Below, in pieces: positions 26,181 through 55,156 of a DNA stretch of 64,000 bases. The stretch's first letter is position 1. Each line of letters begins with the position of its first letter. Under the pieces are notes generated by a model. The model did not search any database. It had not been told where the DNA came from and saw nothing but the letters and a program-made list of their open reading frames with translations. Both the position numbers and the translations under genes were made by a program. The DNA lies in NCBI RefSeq assembly GCF_009914755.1, contig NC_060936.1; one strand, written 5' to 3'. This DNA is from the human T2T-CHM13v2.0 reference genome, Homo sapiens.

Positions 26181-27229
26181 GTGGAAAAAATAAACACAAT
26201 TCTAAACAAATAATACCAGATTTTTAAGGTTTTTAAAAAACTTATAAGTTCTAGGAAGTTTAATGATTAAGTAGAAAAGAAAAATAAGGTAATGAAAATG
26301 TAGTTTTCTAACAATGTGTGTCAAATTTTGTAATGTAATTTAAACAAAGGAACAACTGTTAGGAGACCAGGTCCATCGACATTTAGGTTATTAAATCATG
26401 AACAATAAACTAAGGTTTTACCAAGAAAACGTACAGTCAGATATATTTTAACAAATGTATTCAATGAATTGGAAAGTAGGTGACTAAAGAGAGACACCAC
26501 ATATAAAGCATTCGTTTATTTAACATTTTTTAAAACAAAATTAGAATTGAAGTTTTCTTGTGAATAAAATTACTGTCAAGTGACTTGAAGTCAGTAGGAA
26601 AATTTTTATATCCAAAAACGATACATATATCTAACTTAGAAAGGTAGTTAGGCTGGCACAAAGGCCTTTACAGTCTTCATTAATGATACAAAATTGTGAA
26701 AATGATACCACTGAAGAGTTAGCATGCCTTAAAAATCATCACTATAGAATAAAAATGTATTAAAGGGACTTTGAGAATTTACAGTATTGTGTGTACAGAG
26801 AATACTAATGGGATGTGCCATGAAAATAATTTCATTCTTTAGGGAGAAAATAAAATTTGGATGACAGACTTTCAAAAAGCACACATGCAGGCACAAACAC
26901 ATAAATGTTTCAGATAACTACAGTTTACATTGTAGAGGTACACTAGATTTATTTTAAGCTGCAAGGGATACGGTGGAGTAACAACCAAGGCTATGGTGTG
27001 AGATAAGGCGTGGAGACTCTAGTGTGTATTATGTTAAGGAGAGAGTGATCATACCAGTTTTGCCAGATGACTGATAACAGTTTGAGGAAATGTATGGAAA
27101 TCATATTATGGAGGGCTTTGCATACAAGCCAGAAGCCTTTCATACTTTATTGCATGGGAAAAAGGGGTGGGGAAGAGGCAACATGTGAAAGGATTTTAGG
27201 ACTACAGATGTGGTGATTGTGTGAAGGAA

Positions 27230-27405
27230 GAGAGCACAGTAGTTACATGGCTTCAGACTCCCATATATCTAGGTTGGAATCCTGACTCTGTGTGACCATC
27301 AGAAAGTTAAACTCCTAAGTCCCAATTTCCTAATAGGATTTTATGAAAATTATAGGACTTATTTATGTAACCACTTTGTGCAGTGCCTTGCTCAGTAAAC
27401 AGAAG
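27230..27405 (+). mobile_element. MIR fragment
   Basis: ctaggttggaatcctgactctg...tgtaaccactttgtgcagtgcctt. Confidence 0.5.
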
Positions 27406-27419
27406 CTAAAAAAAAAATG

Positions 27420-28120
27420 TTTTGCAACAAAAGGATTCAAGTGGAGAAGAGCCCAGAATTTAAAATACCCATTTCAGAGATCATTAAAATAATCAAGGGA
27501 ATGACAATGAGAATAAAATTAAGAAAGGAATGGAAGAACTCACAGACCTTTATGACAAACTAAAGGGATGAAAATGAACAAGGAGTCACTGTTGGCTCCC
27601 AAGTTTGGTGTCTAAGTGGCTGGAAGAATCAGGGCTGATACCAGAAATGTGAAGTGCAGTGAGAATGAAAATGTGAAGTACTGTGGGAGCAGTAGGGGAT
27701 AAAGGATAATGAGTTTTGTTTTAAATGCCTCTAGTATAAGGCAAGGATGCTTCTAGTTAAAATTTCTAATAGACAATTTGAAATATGGATTTGCAATATC
27801 CAACCACTAGCTAGAGGCATATATTAAGGTTCGTTCTTGGTCATATTCTTGTGTCTGCAGTCTTCCCCTCAGTAATTCCAAACAATTCCACAGTGCTGAC
27901 CATCACCCTCCTACTAAAGTCTGAGGCCTACTGGAGATTTCTGCTTAGATGTTTCATAAATACCTCAAACTCAGTGTGTCTAAAATCTAAGCCATAATTG
28001 CCCCTAAATAGGAATTTCACTGACTTATCTGATTTTGCCAATGGTAACTCCAGTTCACCCACAATAGGCAATTTAGAGTAATCCTTTATATCTTCACCTT
28101 TACTTGTAAAATCCTGTAAA
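27420..28120. mobile_element. L2 fragments in both orientations
   Basis: aatgagttttgttttaaat (antisense) and tacctcaaactcagtgtgtctaaaa (sense). Confidence 0.45.
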
Positions 28121-28189
28121 TGTGTGTCATGTAAAAGAAGAAGTTAGCATTCTCCTTAAAAAGGTTAAGAAGATTCTAGTCACCTGGAC

Positions 28190-28660
28190 AAAAGATTCAT
28201 GTTAAGGCATTGGTACTTACTTTATGGCATCTAAGCATGTCCTTTGCATGAATTAGAGAAGATAAAATTGATACAGTAAACCACATTAAAATTGAAAACT
28301 TGTCTTCATCAGAAGACAAAATTAAAAGAGTGAAATGGCAATTTGGAGAGTGAAAGAAGTTATTTGCCACATATGTATCTGACAAAGGAATTATATCCAG
28401 AATATTTGAGAAGCTCTTACCACATCTCAAAGAGGATATACAGATGGAAAAAAAGAGAAAAAAAGATGGTAATTTTACAAATTATTTAAAAGACATGCAA
28501 ATGAAACCCATCAAGAAAAACTATGATACACCTGCCAGAAGGACTAAAATGTTAAAAATAGAAAATACAAAATATTTGTAAGGATACAAAGCAACTGAAA
28601 CTTTCATTTTTGTCTGATGTGATTGTTAATTGGTATAACTACTTTAGAAAACTGTCATTA
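28190..28660 (+). mobile_element. Old L1M(E) fragment, left half; split by the L1PA insertion
   Basis: atatgtatctgacaaaggaattatatccagaatat; reads through the TSD into 40865 onward. Confidence 0.7.
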
Positions 28661-30506
28661 GAGGAGGAGCCAAGATGGCTGAATAGGAACAGCTCCGGCC
28701 TACAGCTCCCAGCATGAGCAATGCAGAAGAAAGGTGATTTCTGCACTTCCAACTGAGGTACTGGATTCATCTCACTGGGGAGTGCCAGACAGTAGGTACA
28801 GGATAGTGGGTGCAGCGCACCGTGCACGAGCCAAAGCAGGGCAAGGCATTGCCTCACCCAGGAAGCACAAGGGGGCAGGGAATTCCCTTTCCTAGTCAAA
28901 GAAAAGGGTGACAGACGGCACCTGGAAAATCAGGTCACTCCTACCCTAATACTGTGCTTTTCCAATGGGCTTAAAAAACGGCACACCAGGAGATTATATC
29001 CCACAAATGGCTCAGAGGGTCCTACACCCACGGAGTCTCACTCATTGCTCGAACAGCAGTCTGAGATCAAACTGCAAGGCAGCAGTGAGGCTGGGGGAGG
29101 GGCGCCCGCTATTGCCCAGTTAGTTGTTTGATTAGGTAAACAAAGTGGCTGGGAAGCTTGAACTGGGTGGAATCCACCACAGCTCAAGGAGGCCTGCCTG
29201 CCTCTGTAGGCTCCACCTCTGGGGGCAGGGCACAGACAAACAAAAGGCAGCAGTAACCTCTGCAGACTTAAATGTCCCTGTCTGACAGCATTGAAGATAG
29301 TAGTGGTTCTCCCAGTATGCAGCTTCAGATCTGAGAATGGGCAGACTGCCTCCTCAAGTGGGTCCCTGACCCCCGAGTAGCCTAACTGGGAGGCATCCCC
29401 CAGTAGGGGAGGACTGACACCTCACATGGCTGGGTACTCCTCTGAGACAAAACTTCCAGGGGAACAATCAGGCAGCAGAATTTGCAGTTCACCAATATCC
29501 ACTGTTCTGCAGACACCACTGCTGATACCCAGAAAAACAGGGTCTGGAGTGGACCTCCAGCAAACTCCAACAGACCTGTAGCTGAGGGTCCTGACTGGTA
29601 GAAGGAAAACTAACAAACAGAAAGTACACCCACACCAAAAACCCATCTGTACGTCACCATCATCAAAGACCAAAGGTAGATAAAACCACAAAGATGGGGA
29701 AAAATCAGAGGAGAAAAACCGGAAACTCTAAAAATCAGAGTGCCTCTCCTCCTCCAAAGGAATGCAGCTCCTCACGAGTAACGGAACAAAGCTGGATGGA
29801 GAATGACTTTGACGAGTTGAGAGAAGAAGGCTTCAGAAGATCAAACTATTCCGAGCTAAAGGAGGAAGTTCGAACCAATGGCAAAGAAGTTAAAAACTTT
29901 GAAAAAAAATTAGATGAATGGATAGCTAGAATAACAAATGCAGAGAAGTCCTTAAAGGACCTGATGGAGCTGAAAACCATGGCATGAGAACTACGTGACA
30001 AATGCACAAGCCTCAGTAACTGATACGATCAACTGGAAGAAAGAGTCTCAGCGATGGAAGATGAAATGAATGAAATGAAGTGAGAAGAGAAGTTTACAGG
30101 AAAAAGAATAAAAAGAAACAAACAAAGAATCCAAGAAATATGGGACTATGTGAAAAGGCCAAATCTACGTCTGACTGGTATACCTGAAAGTGACGGGGAG
30201 AATGGAACCAAGTTGGAAAACACTCTGGAAGATATTACCCAGGAGAACTTCCACAATCTAGCAAGGCAGGCCAACATTCAAATTCAGGAAATACAGAGAA
30301 TGCCACAAAGATACTCCTTGAGAAGAGCAACTCCAGGACACATAATTGTCAGATTCACCAAAGTTGAAATGAAGGGAAAAAAGTTAAGGGCAGCCAGAGA
30401 GAAAGGTTGCGTTACCCACAAAGGGAAGCCCATCAGACTAGCAGCTGATCTCTCGGCAGAAATTCTACAAGCCAGAAGAGAGTGGGGGCCAATATTCAAC
30501 ATTCTT

Positions 30507-36531
<6,025 letters not shown>

Positions 36532-36794
36532 TCAACATTCTTAGAGAAAAGAAATTTCAACCCAGGATTTCATATCCAGCCAAACTAAGCTTCATAAGTG
36601 AAGGAGAAATAAAATCCTTAACAGACAAGCAAATGCTGAGACATTGTGTCACCACCAGGCCTGCCCTAAAAGAGCTCCTGAAGGAAGCAGTAAACATGGA
36701 AAGGAACAAATGGTACCAGCCACTGCAAAAACATGCCAAATTGTAAAGACCATCAAGGCTAGGAAGAAACTGCATCAACTAATGAGCAAAATAA

Positions 36795-38918
<2,124 letters not shown>

Positions 38919-40864
38919 TGATTGTATATCTAGAAAACCACATCGTCTCAGCCCAAAATCTCTTCAAGCTGTTAAGCAACTTCAGCAAAGTCTCAGGATA
39001 CAAAATCAATGTACAAAAATCACAAGCATTCTTATACACCAATAACAGACAAACAGAGAGCCAAATCATGAGTGAACTCCCATTGACAATTGCTTCAAAG
39101 AGAATAAAATACCTAGGAATCCAACTTACAAGGGATGTGAAGGACCTCTTCAAGGAGAACTACAAATCACTGCTCAATGAAATCAAAGAGGATACAAAGA
39201 AATGGAAGAACATTCCATGCTCATGGGTAGGAAAAATCAATATTGTGAAAATGGCCATACTGTCCAAGGTAATTTATAGACTCAATGCCATCCCCATCAA
39301 GCTACCAATGACTTTCTTCACAGAATTGGAAAAAACTACTTTAAAGTTCATATGGGACCAAAAAAGAGCCTGCATCACCAAGTGAAGCCTAAGCCAAAAG
39401 AACAAAGCTGGAGACATCATGCTACCTGACTTCAAAGTATACTACAAGCCTACAGTAACCAAAACAGCATAGTACTGGTACCTAAACAGAGATATAGACC
39501 AATGGAACAGATCAGAGCCCTCAGAAATAATGCCACGTATCTACAACTATCTGATCTTTGAGAAACCTGAGAAAAACAAGCAATGGGGAAAGGATTCCCT
39601 ATTTAATAAATGGTGCTGGGAAAACTGGCTAGCCATATTTAGAAAGCTGAAAGTGGATCCCTTCCTTACACCTTATACAAAAAATAATTCAAGATGGATT
39701 AAAGAATTAAATGTTAGACCTAAAACCATAAAAACCCTAGAAGACAACCTAGGCAATACCATTCAGGACATAGGCATGGGCAAGGACTTCATGTCTAAAA
39801 CACCAAAAGCAATGGCAACAAAAGCCAAAATTGACAAATGGGATCTAATTAAAGAGCTTCTGCACAGGAAAAGAAACTATCATCAGAGTAACAGGCAACC
39901 TACGGAATGGGAGAAAATTTTTGCAATCTACTCATCTGACAAAGGGCTAATTTCCAGAATTTACAATGAACTCAAACAAATTTACAAGAAAAAAAACAGC
40001 CCCATCAAAAAGTGGGTGAAGGATATGAACAGACACTTCTCAAAAGAAGACATTTATGCAGCCAAAAACACATGAAAAAATGCTCATCACCACTGGCCAT
40101 CAGAGAAATGCAAATCCAAACCACAATTAGATATCATCTCACACCAGTTAGAATGGTGATCATTAAAAAGTCAGGAAACAACAGGTGCTGGAGAGGATGT
40201 GGAGAAATAGGAACACTTTTACACTGTTGGTGGGACTCTAAACTAGTTCAACCATTGTGGAAGTCAGTGTGGTGATTCCTCAGGGATCTAGAACTAGAAA
40301 TACCATTTGACCCAGCCATCCCATTACTGGGTATATACCCAAAGGATTATAAATCATGCTGCCGTAAAGACACATGCACACGTATGTTTATAGTGGCAGT
40401 ATTCACAATAGCAAAGACTTGGAACCAACCTAAATGTCCAACAACGATAGAATGGATTAAGAAAATGTGGTACATATACACCATGGAATACTATGTAGCC
40501 ATAAAAAATGATGAGTTCATGTCCTTTGTAGGGACATGGATGAAGCTGGAAGCCATCATTCTCAGCAAACTATCGCAAGGACAAAAAACCAAACACCGCA
40601 TGTTCTCACTCATAGGTGGAAATTGAACAATGAGAACACCCGGACACAGCAAGGGGAACATCACACTCTGGGGACTGTTGTGGGGTGGGGGGAGGGGGAG
40701 GGATAGCATTAGGAGATACACCTAATGCTAAATGACGAGTTAATGGGTGCAGCACACCAACATGGCACATGTATACATATGTAACAAACCTGCACATTGT
40801 GCACATGTACCCTAAAACTTAAAGTATAATAATAATAAAATTTAAAAAAAGAAAACTGTCATTA

Positions 40865-41400
40865 TCTACTAAACCTGCATATGTACATGATCCATTGATT
40901 CCATCCTGAGGTATATATCCAATAGAAATTTTAGATATATTCACCAAAATGCATGAACACAAAAGCTCATAGCAGCATTATATGTTATTACTGCAAACTG
41001 GAAAGTACTCTAATGCCCACAAACAGTTGAATGGGTTAATTAATTATTGTTTGCCTACATAGTATAATACTTTACAGCAGTGAGACTACCAACAAACAAA
41101 AATGTGCATAAACATTCACAAGGATGATAATGAGTGAAAGAGGACAGACAAAATGAATATAATGGATAATTTTATTTGTATAAAGTATCAGAGCAATTGA
41201 AAATTTTCTATGCTGTTAAAAGTCAGTATAACAGGTGGAAGCAGTAATGGAAGCAGGAGTCTTTTAGGGCTACTAGTAGTGTTCGTTTCCTTGACCTGGG
41301 TGTTAGTTTTTGAAAATTAAGTGAGTTTATGTATACTTCAGAGTAAACTTAAGATATGGGCTCTTAGGGGCATGCATATTATACTTCAGAATTATTGAAA
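40865..41400 (+). mobile_element. Old L1M(E) fragment, right half
   Basis: gaggtatatatccaatagaaat...ctcatagcagcatta...tttccttgacctgggtg. Confidence 0.7.
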
Positions 41401-42090
41401 GTTCTGTAAATTTTGCCTCTTCAATAGTTTTCACCTTTGTTACCTCCTTAACACTCCAGTGTACACGTTTATTTCAGATCCTTGTTATTTTAAGCTAAAC
41501 AATTGTTAATTTTCCACACTTTTGTCCCTTTCAATTACTTCTAATTGCAATTGACAGATTCTTTTTCATAAGCAGAGCCTCAATCATGCAACTCCTCATT
41601 GGTTATGAAATTAATTTAAAATTTTTAATATGGCTTTAGAGGCCTCCATACTTTACTTCCAAGAAATATTCTCACCCAATCTTGCCTTATACTGAACAAA
41701 AGTACAGTTCACTATTAGTCTAAACATGACTTTGTCTAATTCTAGTCTTTAACTACTCTTCTTTAAAGAGTTTCTACCACTCTGTTGAAATTGTACTTCC
41801 TTCCAGTCCCAATTCAAATGTCCCAGTCTCCATCAGACTGTCCTGGGCCACTGTCTCCCACCCTGTTTCACAATATGGTCTCTCCCTTTTTAAGAGTTGC
41901 TTTACAGTTATTGCATGCCTCCTTTTTATGGATTGCATTATCTTCTGCCATATGTACAATGTACTATATATTTTATCCTATCCTCTCTTTTCTGATTCTA
42001 ACCTTCAATGGGAGAAATGTTGATTAACTGTTTTTTTCACCACCTGCCTCACTGAATCAATTTTGCACATCATGAGTGATCAGTAAACAT
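41400..42090 (+). mobile_element. L2 3' fragment (degenerate)
   Basis: ttttaatatggctttagaggcctccat and terminal gcacatcatgagtgatcagtaaacatt. Confidence 0.45.
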
Positions 42091-42272
42091 TTTAAAGCTT
42101 CAGAGAATCAGAATAACCTAAAAACTGTTTGCTGCTTTAAACTTTTAAATTAAGTTCTCCTGATACCTTGTGATTATATCTGCTACTTTATGCTTAACAA
42201 CCTTTTGATTATCTCTGATCAAATGATTGAATTTAACTGTGTATTCTGCCATATTTAAAATGTGTTCCTCTC

Positions 42273-43089
42273 CACTTTTACACTGTTGGTGGGACTGTAA
42301 ACTAGTTCAACCATTGTGGAAGACAGTGTGGCGATTCCTCAAGGATCTAGAAGTAGAAATACCATTTGACCCAGCCATCCCATTACTGGGTATATACCCA
42401 AAGGATTATAAATCATGCTGCTATGAAGACACATGCGCATGTATGTTTATTGCGGCCCTACTCACAATAGCAAAGACTTGGAACCAACCCAAATGTCCAT
42501 CAATGATAGACTGGATAAAGAAAATGTGGCACATATACACCATGGAATACTATGCAGCCATAAAAAAGGATGAGTTCATGTCCTTTGTAGGTACATGGAT
42601 GAAGCTGGAAACCATCATTCTCAGCAAACCGTCACAAGGACAAAAAAAACAAACACCGCATATTCTCACTCATAGGTGGGAACTGAACACTGAGAACACT
42701 TGGACACAGGAAGGGGTACATCACACTCAGGGGCCTGTCATGGGGTGGGGGGTAGGGGGAGGGATAGCATTAGGAGATATACCTAATGTAAATGATGAGC
42801 TAATGGTTGCAGCACACCAACATGGCACAGGTATACATATGTAACAAACCTGCACATTGTGTACAGGTACCCTAGAACTTAAAGCATAATAATAAAAAAA
42901 AATAGAGAGAAAGGCACGATAAGTAAAAAATTATTCCAATGAAGGTAGAAAATGTAGAACAGGAAAACAAAATCATGCTCAATTAAAAAATATAAAACAA
43001 AGGGAAGAAAAAATTTGAAACATTATCACTTTCCATAATAAATGTTTGGCAAGTTAAAAAAATAAGATAAATAAATAAATAAATAAAAT
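42273..43089 (+). mobile_element. 5'-truncated L1PA5/6-like element (42273-42902) plus 3' transduction (42903-43055) and second A tail
   Basis: TSD aaaatgtgttcctctc at 42257-42272 and 43090-43105 encloses the L1 3' end, about 150 bp non-L1 sequence with AATAAA (43037-43042) and an A-rich tail. Confidence 0.9.
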
Positions 43090-43543
43090 AAAATGTGTTC
43101 CTCTCTACATTCTTTCAGAAAATGAAATTGCAGGGAAACTTATCATGACTCACAATGTTGAAGAAAACAATGAAACTTAAAAGTTTGTACAATGTGAGAA
43201 TACAATTGTATGTTTTCCTTTTTATTTTTCAAATCATATAAAAACATTGAAGTAAAGGTAATTTTAAAATAGCATAACTAAACCTGCCATTTTTCATATT
43301 GCTATGAATTTTAGACCACTATTAGCTAGTTAGATTATGCCACTGGGTATTTTTTTTTGTCTTATCATATTAAGTTGGTATTTTTGGTAATACTGACGAT
43401 ATTTTTCACAAATGTTCTGTATGTGTGAAATTTGGACTATTATTTAAAATGAGGCACATTGAACTTGTTTAACCATAAGAAAATAAACAGAAAGGAAAGG
43501 TTGATGTTTTAATGTAGCTTGCCCTTTGGGGATTGAAATGAAA

Positions 43544-43946
<403 letters not shown>

Positions 43947-44206
43947 TTACATCCTTACAAATATCCAGCAAGATAATACTATTATCAATACCACACATGA
44001 CTTGACAAAGACCACACAATTTACAAGTGACAAGGCTGCGATTCAGCTAAGCAAAATTTTTTTTAGAAAGCAGCTTCCTTTCAGAAGAATAGTGGACAAC
44101 AGGAGATTGCCAATAGGAATTACCTCTAAAGTCTTGTGGCTTGTTAGTGCTTACAGCCTACTGAGTCCTCTATCAAATTAGAAAACTTTAAGAAAAAGCA
44201 TAAGCT

Positions 44207-44208
<2 letters not shown>

Positions 44209-44240
<32 letters not shown>
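44209..44240. repeat. (AC)16 microsatellite
   Basis: Read directly from the sequence. Confidence 0.95.
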
Positions 44241-44246
<6 letters not shown>

Positions 44247-45887
44247 AAAAACTCTGTACTTCTCTCTATTTGCACAAGAATTTTGGAGTCTATCATTTAC
44301 TAAGGAACTCTGAAATAAAAATCTGAAGATATAATTTTAGTTTTCACTTTGCCAATTTCTACCTATATATTTTCATAAACTCAAGCAAGGTAATTCACTT
44401 TTATGAGTATATGTTTTCTAATTTGTAAAGTGGAGATGACATCTACCCTAAGTATTTTACCTAATTATTTTAAGGATGAACAAAATTATGAATGCTCACT
44501 GTTTTTGTTACCTACAAAAAGCAATTCATGTATATATTATTATAATTATATATCTGAGACTGTATATGCTGGTGTTTTAGGAAAACTGAAAATAGAGTGC
44601 ATTTAAATTTCACAAAAGTCATGAAAATGCTAGGAATCATGCTTCTGAGTGTTAACTATTGCTATAGCAATCAAATTGCTTTCGAACATTGTCATCATTG
44701 TGAAACCTAAATGATGCCAGGACTATTTGATGCCCAAGCTTGTCCCTGCATCACATTCAAAGAACTATCAATCCAGCATCAAAAAATAATTGAAAGCAAT
44801 TTCATATCTGTATTGCTTCATCTTAAAAGGTCACAGTGGTTATATTCACAGCATGCAACTAAACTTCTTGAATTTCTCTTTTTCACCCCTCCTTGCATTC
44901 CATCCCCAATGTCTCATAGGCATTTTATCAAAAGCTAAAGATTCTTTCTCTACTTCAAATATCTGAAAATTATCTCAATCCCAGTTCACAAATGATCTTT
45001 ATCTTCCTCATCCTATTTTTGTCTCTTTCTTTAGTGAGTACTAAAGAAATTGTAACATTCACCTCTTGCCAGATGAATGCCAATAGCCTCTGTAGGCTCT
45101 TCATTTCTCTCTTATTTAAAACTTTCATGAAAACCTAGTAGCCATCACAGAACCTCCTAGGGAGTGCATAGCAGCAAAAGCCTATGGATGCTAACAGATT
45201 AATATCTTTCCCCTCAACACAACTATTATGTGCAAAGCACTGCCTACATAGAGAAAAATACCTAATCTAAAGAGAAAAATCAGTTGTGTGATTTGGCCTC
45301 ATTCTTAAGGAAAATGTTCTAAGTAAACTCTAAAACCACCCAGGAACTAATGCCCATTAGAGCAGTCAAGTGAATGTGGTTCTGCCTTGTGTTTTTCCAT
45401 TATTTATTTATTTCTTCTACTATAATTTTATTTTGCCAAAGAATTTAAGAGCCAAAAAAGAGTTGCTACATATGACTGTGGCACAGGTCAACCTGAAATA
45501 ATTGGGATAGAACAAGATTGGATGCAGATTGCTTTAACCATGAATAAGGCTAAAAAGACTTGAAGTAGGAAGACTGTGGTAAGAATGAGAAGAAAGACAG
45601 TAATGTGAGAGAAGCTATAAATAAACTATAACCTATAAGTTGGAGCTCTGGAAAGATAGGAGAACAGCAAGGGAGATTTTGAAGCCACTCACTTATCAAT
45701 AAGAGCAGAAAGAGAATGAATAAAAATAGGGGAAAAAAAGAAGGTGAATGAGGTAATAGTGCATAATTTTCTTTAGTTTGTTTGGAATGACATTATTAAC
45801 TGCTTTCATAGTGAAGTGCGTTGTATAAATGTTCATTGATACTAAAAGTGAATGTCCTCATTTCTTTAAAACCCTAATTCTTCATTA

Positions 45888-46043
45888 AAGTGGGGGAGGG
45901 AGGTAATGAAAAAATACTTAATGGGTATAATGTACATTATTATTGGGGTGATATACACACTAAAAGCCAAGACTTCACCACTATGTGATATACCCATGTA
46001 AAAAAAATTGCACTTGTACCTCTTAAATTTATACACATAAAAA
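45888..46043 (+). mobile_element. L1MA/L1PB-type 3' end fragment
   Basis: cactaaaagccaagacttcaccactatg...ttgcacttgtacc. Confidence 0.75.
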
Positions 46044-46548
46044 GGCACTTTTTGTGTCTCAAATTATTTTAGAATAAATATTGAGGCATTTTTATTATGC
46101 ATTATAAGGTTTTCTGAATAATAAAATTGCTGTTTAGATCTCCAAATATTTGTATTACAGATAATAATTATTAAATTTAAAAGTCTTTGATGCATTGAAG
46201 GGTTAATTTAGAACTGAGGCAAAACTGAAATCATTTGATCATGAGATTTCTTTTATTATTTGTTTGATTGATTTTTTACCTTTTGGAAGTAAGGAAAACT
46301 GGTGAGTCAGTTTTACAATGGCTATATTATTAAAAACAGCATAGTAGTACTCATGTTGAAATCGCAACCAGACTAGAGATGTCACTGTTTTGTCTGAGTT
46401 GGGAGCTGGGGTGGGGTGGAAGGAATGCAGGAGCCCAGGAGGGGAACTTATGGCAGGACCAGCCAAGCACTAGGTCCAAGGGGGAGGGCAATTTCCAGTC
46501 ATGACCCAGGTGAACAACCAGCATCAGGATCTTGGGTGTGTACCTGAG

Positions 46549-46847
46549 TTTGAAAACGTGGGTCTTGCTCTGTTGCCCAGGCTGGAATGCAGTGGCATAA
46601 TCAAAGCTTGAAGCAGCCTTGACCTCCTGGGCTCAAGCAATCCTTCTGCTTTATCCTCCTGCCTCATCATTATGGGTAGCTGGGTCTGCAGGTGTGCACC
46701 AACACACTTGGAAATTTTTTTTTTTTTTTGGTAGAGATGGGTTCACTATGTTGCCTAGGCTGGTCTCAAACTCCTGGACTCAAGCAATCCACCCACCTTG
46801 GTCTCCCAAAGGGTTAGATTTACAGGCTTGAGCCACAACACCTGGCC
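46549..46847 (-). mobile_element. AluJ (diverged, tail lost)
   Basis: gcagccttgacctcctgggctcaagcaatcc and ctatgttgcctaggctggtctc are AluJ diagnostics. Confidence 0.9.
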
Positions 46848-46930
46848 CAGTATTCATTTTTACAAAATTTTAACCAACCTATGAAGAAAGAAGTCAGTCA
46901 GTTAAAGAATGAGGTCAAAAGCATGGCCAA

Positions 46931-53024
<6,094 letters not shown>

Positions 53025-53029
53025 GAAAG

Positions 53030-54070
53030 TAGGATCTGATTAATTTAAACCAATCTTGGTAATTATAGTTATTCCACTGGAGTGATTCAGGAAAGTGTGT
53101 GTAATCTAATTTTTAACCAATGAGATTTAAGCAGAGTCCTGCTTGTTCTTTCTTGTTCTAAAGAGCCTTAGTCTAAAATGCTTCTTTGCTGTCTTCAGAA
53201 CAAGAGAAACCAGTTCTCTTTTCCTCCTGTAAATAAACAAGGAAGCCTATGAATCTAATTAGTACAGGCAGCCATTTTATAAACATTCATTCAACAATAT
53301 TCAACTAATATTGAATAGAGCTCTTATTATTTCTTAATGACTCTTCTAAGTACTTGGGATATACTAATGAGTAAACCAAGAAGTCTTGCCTTTGTGGAGA
53401 TTGACTTTAGGAGTAAGAGATTTAGGAGGAGATCGACATAGGAGTAAGAAAATAATCAGTCAACATAATAAATTGATAAACTAAGTAATAAATCTGAAGG
53501 TGACAAGTACGGTGTAAAATAAAAGGAGAGTGGGGATTCAGAGTGCCCAGGAATAGGTTGTTTAATTAAATTAAGTGGTCAGAATAAGACTGTGAGATTT
53601 GTGCAAAGGCTTGAAGAACATGATGGAATTGGCCAAATGAATATGCGATGTGAGGGAAGAGTGTGTTAGGCTCAGGAGACAGAGCAAAAGCCCCAAGCAA
53701 CAGTGTGGCATGAAGATCAATGAACCAGGAACAGAGAGTAGGGGAGAGGGAGCAGAGAGAGTCAAGGGGATGGTAAGCATCACTAAGATGTTGCATCCAT
53801 CCTACGTACTGTGGCTTTAATTTTAATTGCCAGATCTTGATTTAGGATTCAGTTGGGGGCTGCAGCCAGCACAGCTGGGAAGCCAATAACAGTAACAAAA
53901 AATAACAACAAAAAAGAACCTGGGTCTTTGATGGAAGACTGAGCTGCTAGAGCAACCAAGTTTGAAGCCTGCCTTCCTTCTGGATTTCCTGTTTAATGAA
54001 ATAATGAATTTCCTCATTGTTTGAGTGAGAGTTAAATTTCTATTGCTTGAAATTGAACCTAGCCTAACTA
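53030..54070 (+). mobile_element. Old MLT1-type LTR pieces split by an antisense L2 (about 53281-53770)
   Basis: aaaccaatcttggtaat...aaccaatgaga and aagaacctgggtctttgatg...cttctggatttcctgtt are MLT1-like; cattcattcaacaa...ttgggatatactaatgag is the L2 3' end. Confidence 0.5.
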
Positions 54071-55156
54071 AAAAATAGTTCAGCTTGAATTTGAGAAATA
54101 AAAATGATTTTTATTTGATCATTTTAATTTGTTTCACAAAGAGCAACAAGAAATATCTTAAATCACTCGAAGAAAAACTATGTTAAGCATAAGAAAGAAC
54201 TATTTGATTAGTGAAGCTGGTACAAGAGTGTGTTGAATTTCATCCATGAAGAATAATATTATTTTATTTTTCAATAAACTATATGTTCACTTGCTCAGAG
54301 AAAGAATGTAGAGTCATAGGATAAGTTGTGGGGCCTTTGATAAATATGTTAACTTAAAATCTTAGTTACTGAGATTAGTAGAGGGGATGACACCAACTTA
54401 AAAATATACGATCTTCTAATATTGAAAATGAAAATGATGTAGATTTCTTCTAGGCAATTCTTAAAATAGGATAGATTTCTCTTTGTAATGATAACTCTTT
54501 TATAAGTTATTTCAGCAAATATTTGCTGAGTACTAAAAAGCACAGGCTTACTTGAGGGATTAAATGATAGAGTGAAAGTCAATATATGCTGCTTGTCAAT
54601 TTTATAGTTATTATTTCATTAATCCTTCATGAATATATTCAAACCACATATATTCATCTCCTATTATGTAGCTGAGTTGTTTGATTGTAGATGACAGGAA
54701 GAAGGCAGGAAGGTGAAATCAAGGAAAAACTCACCTATCCACAGATTTGGCATTAGTATGTTAATGTGGTTAGATGAGATAATGCATATAAAGCATTCAA
54801 CATCAGAGTTTAATGAAAAGTTGTTATTAGAAGTGCTGATCATTCTTAATGTGCCCTTGTGGTATGTAGTAAGTAATGTCATCATTACTCTAGAATTCTG
54901 GCTTTTGTACCAGAGAATTTAGGACTTTCCAGGAATTAGAAGATATACTCCACTATTTCAGAGGAGATTTCTAGTGGGATGATTAACTCCTAAAACCTGG
55001 TGTAGCTGAAAAAAAAGTTTGTGATTAGACCATATTGGACATTAGGACAAATTTAGGCCTAGCACCATAACTTTGAGACCTTAGGCAAGTATCTTAATCA
55101 TTCTGAAACTGAATTTCCTTTATTTTTTTTTTTAAAGACATAAATAAGTATTGCAA

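Noticed and set aside
30310-30325. Shared S>L (TCG>TTG) and other CpG transitions between L1 copies as conversion evidence
   Set aside because: CpG decay recurs independently, so only non-CpG changes were relied on.
46904-46916. aaagaatgaggtc versus aaagaaagtaggatc (about 53022-53036) as a TSD for the third L1
   Set aside because: It needs three edits in 15 bp and is offset 14 bp from the L1 start, which is too degenerate for an element this young.
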